This document shows positions 63,526-64,000 of a stretch of 64,000 nt of DNA, piece after piece (position 1 is the first letter of the stretch; every line of letters starts with the position of its first letter). Both the position numbers and the translations under genes were made by a program. Source of the DNA: Candidatus Omnitrophota bacterium (GTDB taxonomy: Bacteria; Omnitrophota; Omnitrophia; Omnitrophales; Aquincolibacteriaceae). Under the pieces are notes generated by a model. That model had not been told where the DNA came from and did not search any database. It saw nothing but the letters and a program-made list of their open reading frames with translations. The DNA is taken from positions 64,448 through 128,447 of the forward strand of contig CAISGE010000021.1 in assembly GCA_903884815.1 (NCBI GenBank). The letters are read 5' to 3'.

Positions 63526-64000
63526 TTAGACGCGGATAACTCCCAAATTTTTGAGAGCGACCAGGATGATCTGCATGGCCAAGGCCACCTGCACAAATAC
63601 CAGTACGGAGCCGAGCACAAAAAGGATAATCATCAATCCCGGCATCTTCATGACGCGATCGATGAAGTACATGACCAGGAAATCCAGCACGATCATGATC
63701 CCCAGGCATAGGACTACCGCTTGCACCATGCCCGGATACTGAGGTTCAAGCATGATGCAGATCAATATAGCGGCAATGCCGGCAGGCGGAACAATCCCGG
63801 GGACAGCCACCGGCGAGGCCGCGAGTTGACTCGCCGCGGGTGTGCCGGATTGGGGGCTCGACGGGTGAGGTTTATGAAAAATGGCCAGCAGCGCGGAAAT
63901 CATCAAGACCAGTCCACCCGCGATCCTCACAGCCTCGATGGAGATGCGGAACCTGCTCAAAAGGATTTCTCCGGCCAGCACCACAAACAGACAGATCGCT
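63526..64000 (-). CDS. MarC family (UPF0056) membrane protein, C-terminal part; gene continues past window end
   Basis: Multi-TM protein (..AVRIAGGLVLMISALLAIF.. ..GLMIILFVLGSVLVFVQVALAM..). The reading frame stays open to position 64000. Confidence 0.55.
   Translation of the reverse strand, partial: AICLFVVLAGEILLSRFRISIEAVRIAGGLVLMISALLAIFHKPHPSSPQSGTPAASQLAASPVAVPGIVPPAGIAAILICIMLEPQYPGMVQAVVLCLGIMIVLDFLVMYFIDRVMKMPGLMIILFVLGSVLVFVQVALAMQIILVALKNLGVIRV

Overview
The window is about 57% GC and reads as one stretch of bacterial chromosome. Every credible gene sits on the minus strand: about 65 CDS and one tRNA-Arg(TCT). The long plus-strand ORFs are antisense artefacts typical of GC-rich DNA, not genes. 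Contents in minus-strand transcription order (high to low coordinate):

- MarC-family membrane protein (partial).
- FadL-family outer-membrane transporter and small secreted/lipoproteins.
- Two tandem large Ser-type arylsulfatases.
- DUF2092 gene overlapping a Gly/Arg-rich secreted protein.
- MscS/MscK-like channel overlapping a DUF4239 membrane protein.
- A second secreted protein with an RGG tail next to a C-GCAxxG-C-C protein.
- An outer-membrane barrel, a GH63-like glycosidase and a patatin phospholipase.
- Anaerobic sulfatase-maturating enzyme (radical SAM), a third Ser-type sulfatase and a secreted HAD+2H phosphoesterase fusion.
- K+ channel, then a membrane PP2C phosphatase followed by a STAS-MlaE fusion / MlaF / MlaD / PqiC-like lipoprotein operon.
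- PPK2, PAS-PP2C phosphatase and 6-phosphofructokinase.
- A cluster of secreted lipases/lipoproteins (lipase, DUF4105, DUF3313, LCAT-like), DUF4136 and two tandem Cys-rich-repeat proteins.
- tRNA-Arg, RimO, a PgsA-PgpA fusion, CinA, ThpR and an endonuclease-III-like protein.
- A complete type IVa pilus locus: a standalone MshEN/T2SSE_N c-di-GMP-motif protein, two tandem PilB/GspE ATPases, pilC, two tandem pilA copies each with its own terminator, and pilMNOPQ.
- RNase G/E, RmuC, a histone-H1-like protein and the 5' part of a CCA-adding enzyme.

The most unusual items are a family of structured intergenic repeat elements (GTCATTCTGA...TCAGGATGAC termini with a conserved inner hairpin) sitting directly upstream of rng and two other genes; the PP2C-STAS-MlaE arrangement; the MshEN-plus-two-PilB organisation; and the RGG-repeat secreted proteins. 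No CRISPR array, mobile element or phage genes were seen. Frequent Ser-type sulfatases with an anSME, many lipoproteins and a Lys-rich H1-like protein suggest an anaerobic Gram-negative, possibly of the PVC group, but I cannot confirm the organism.
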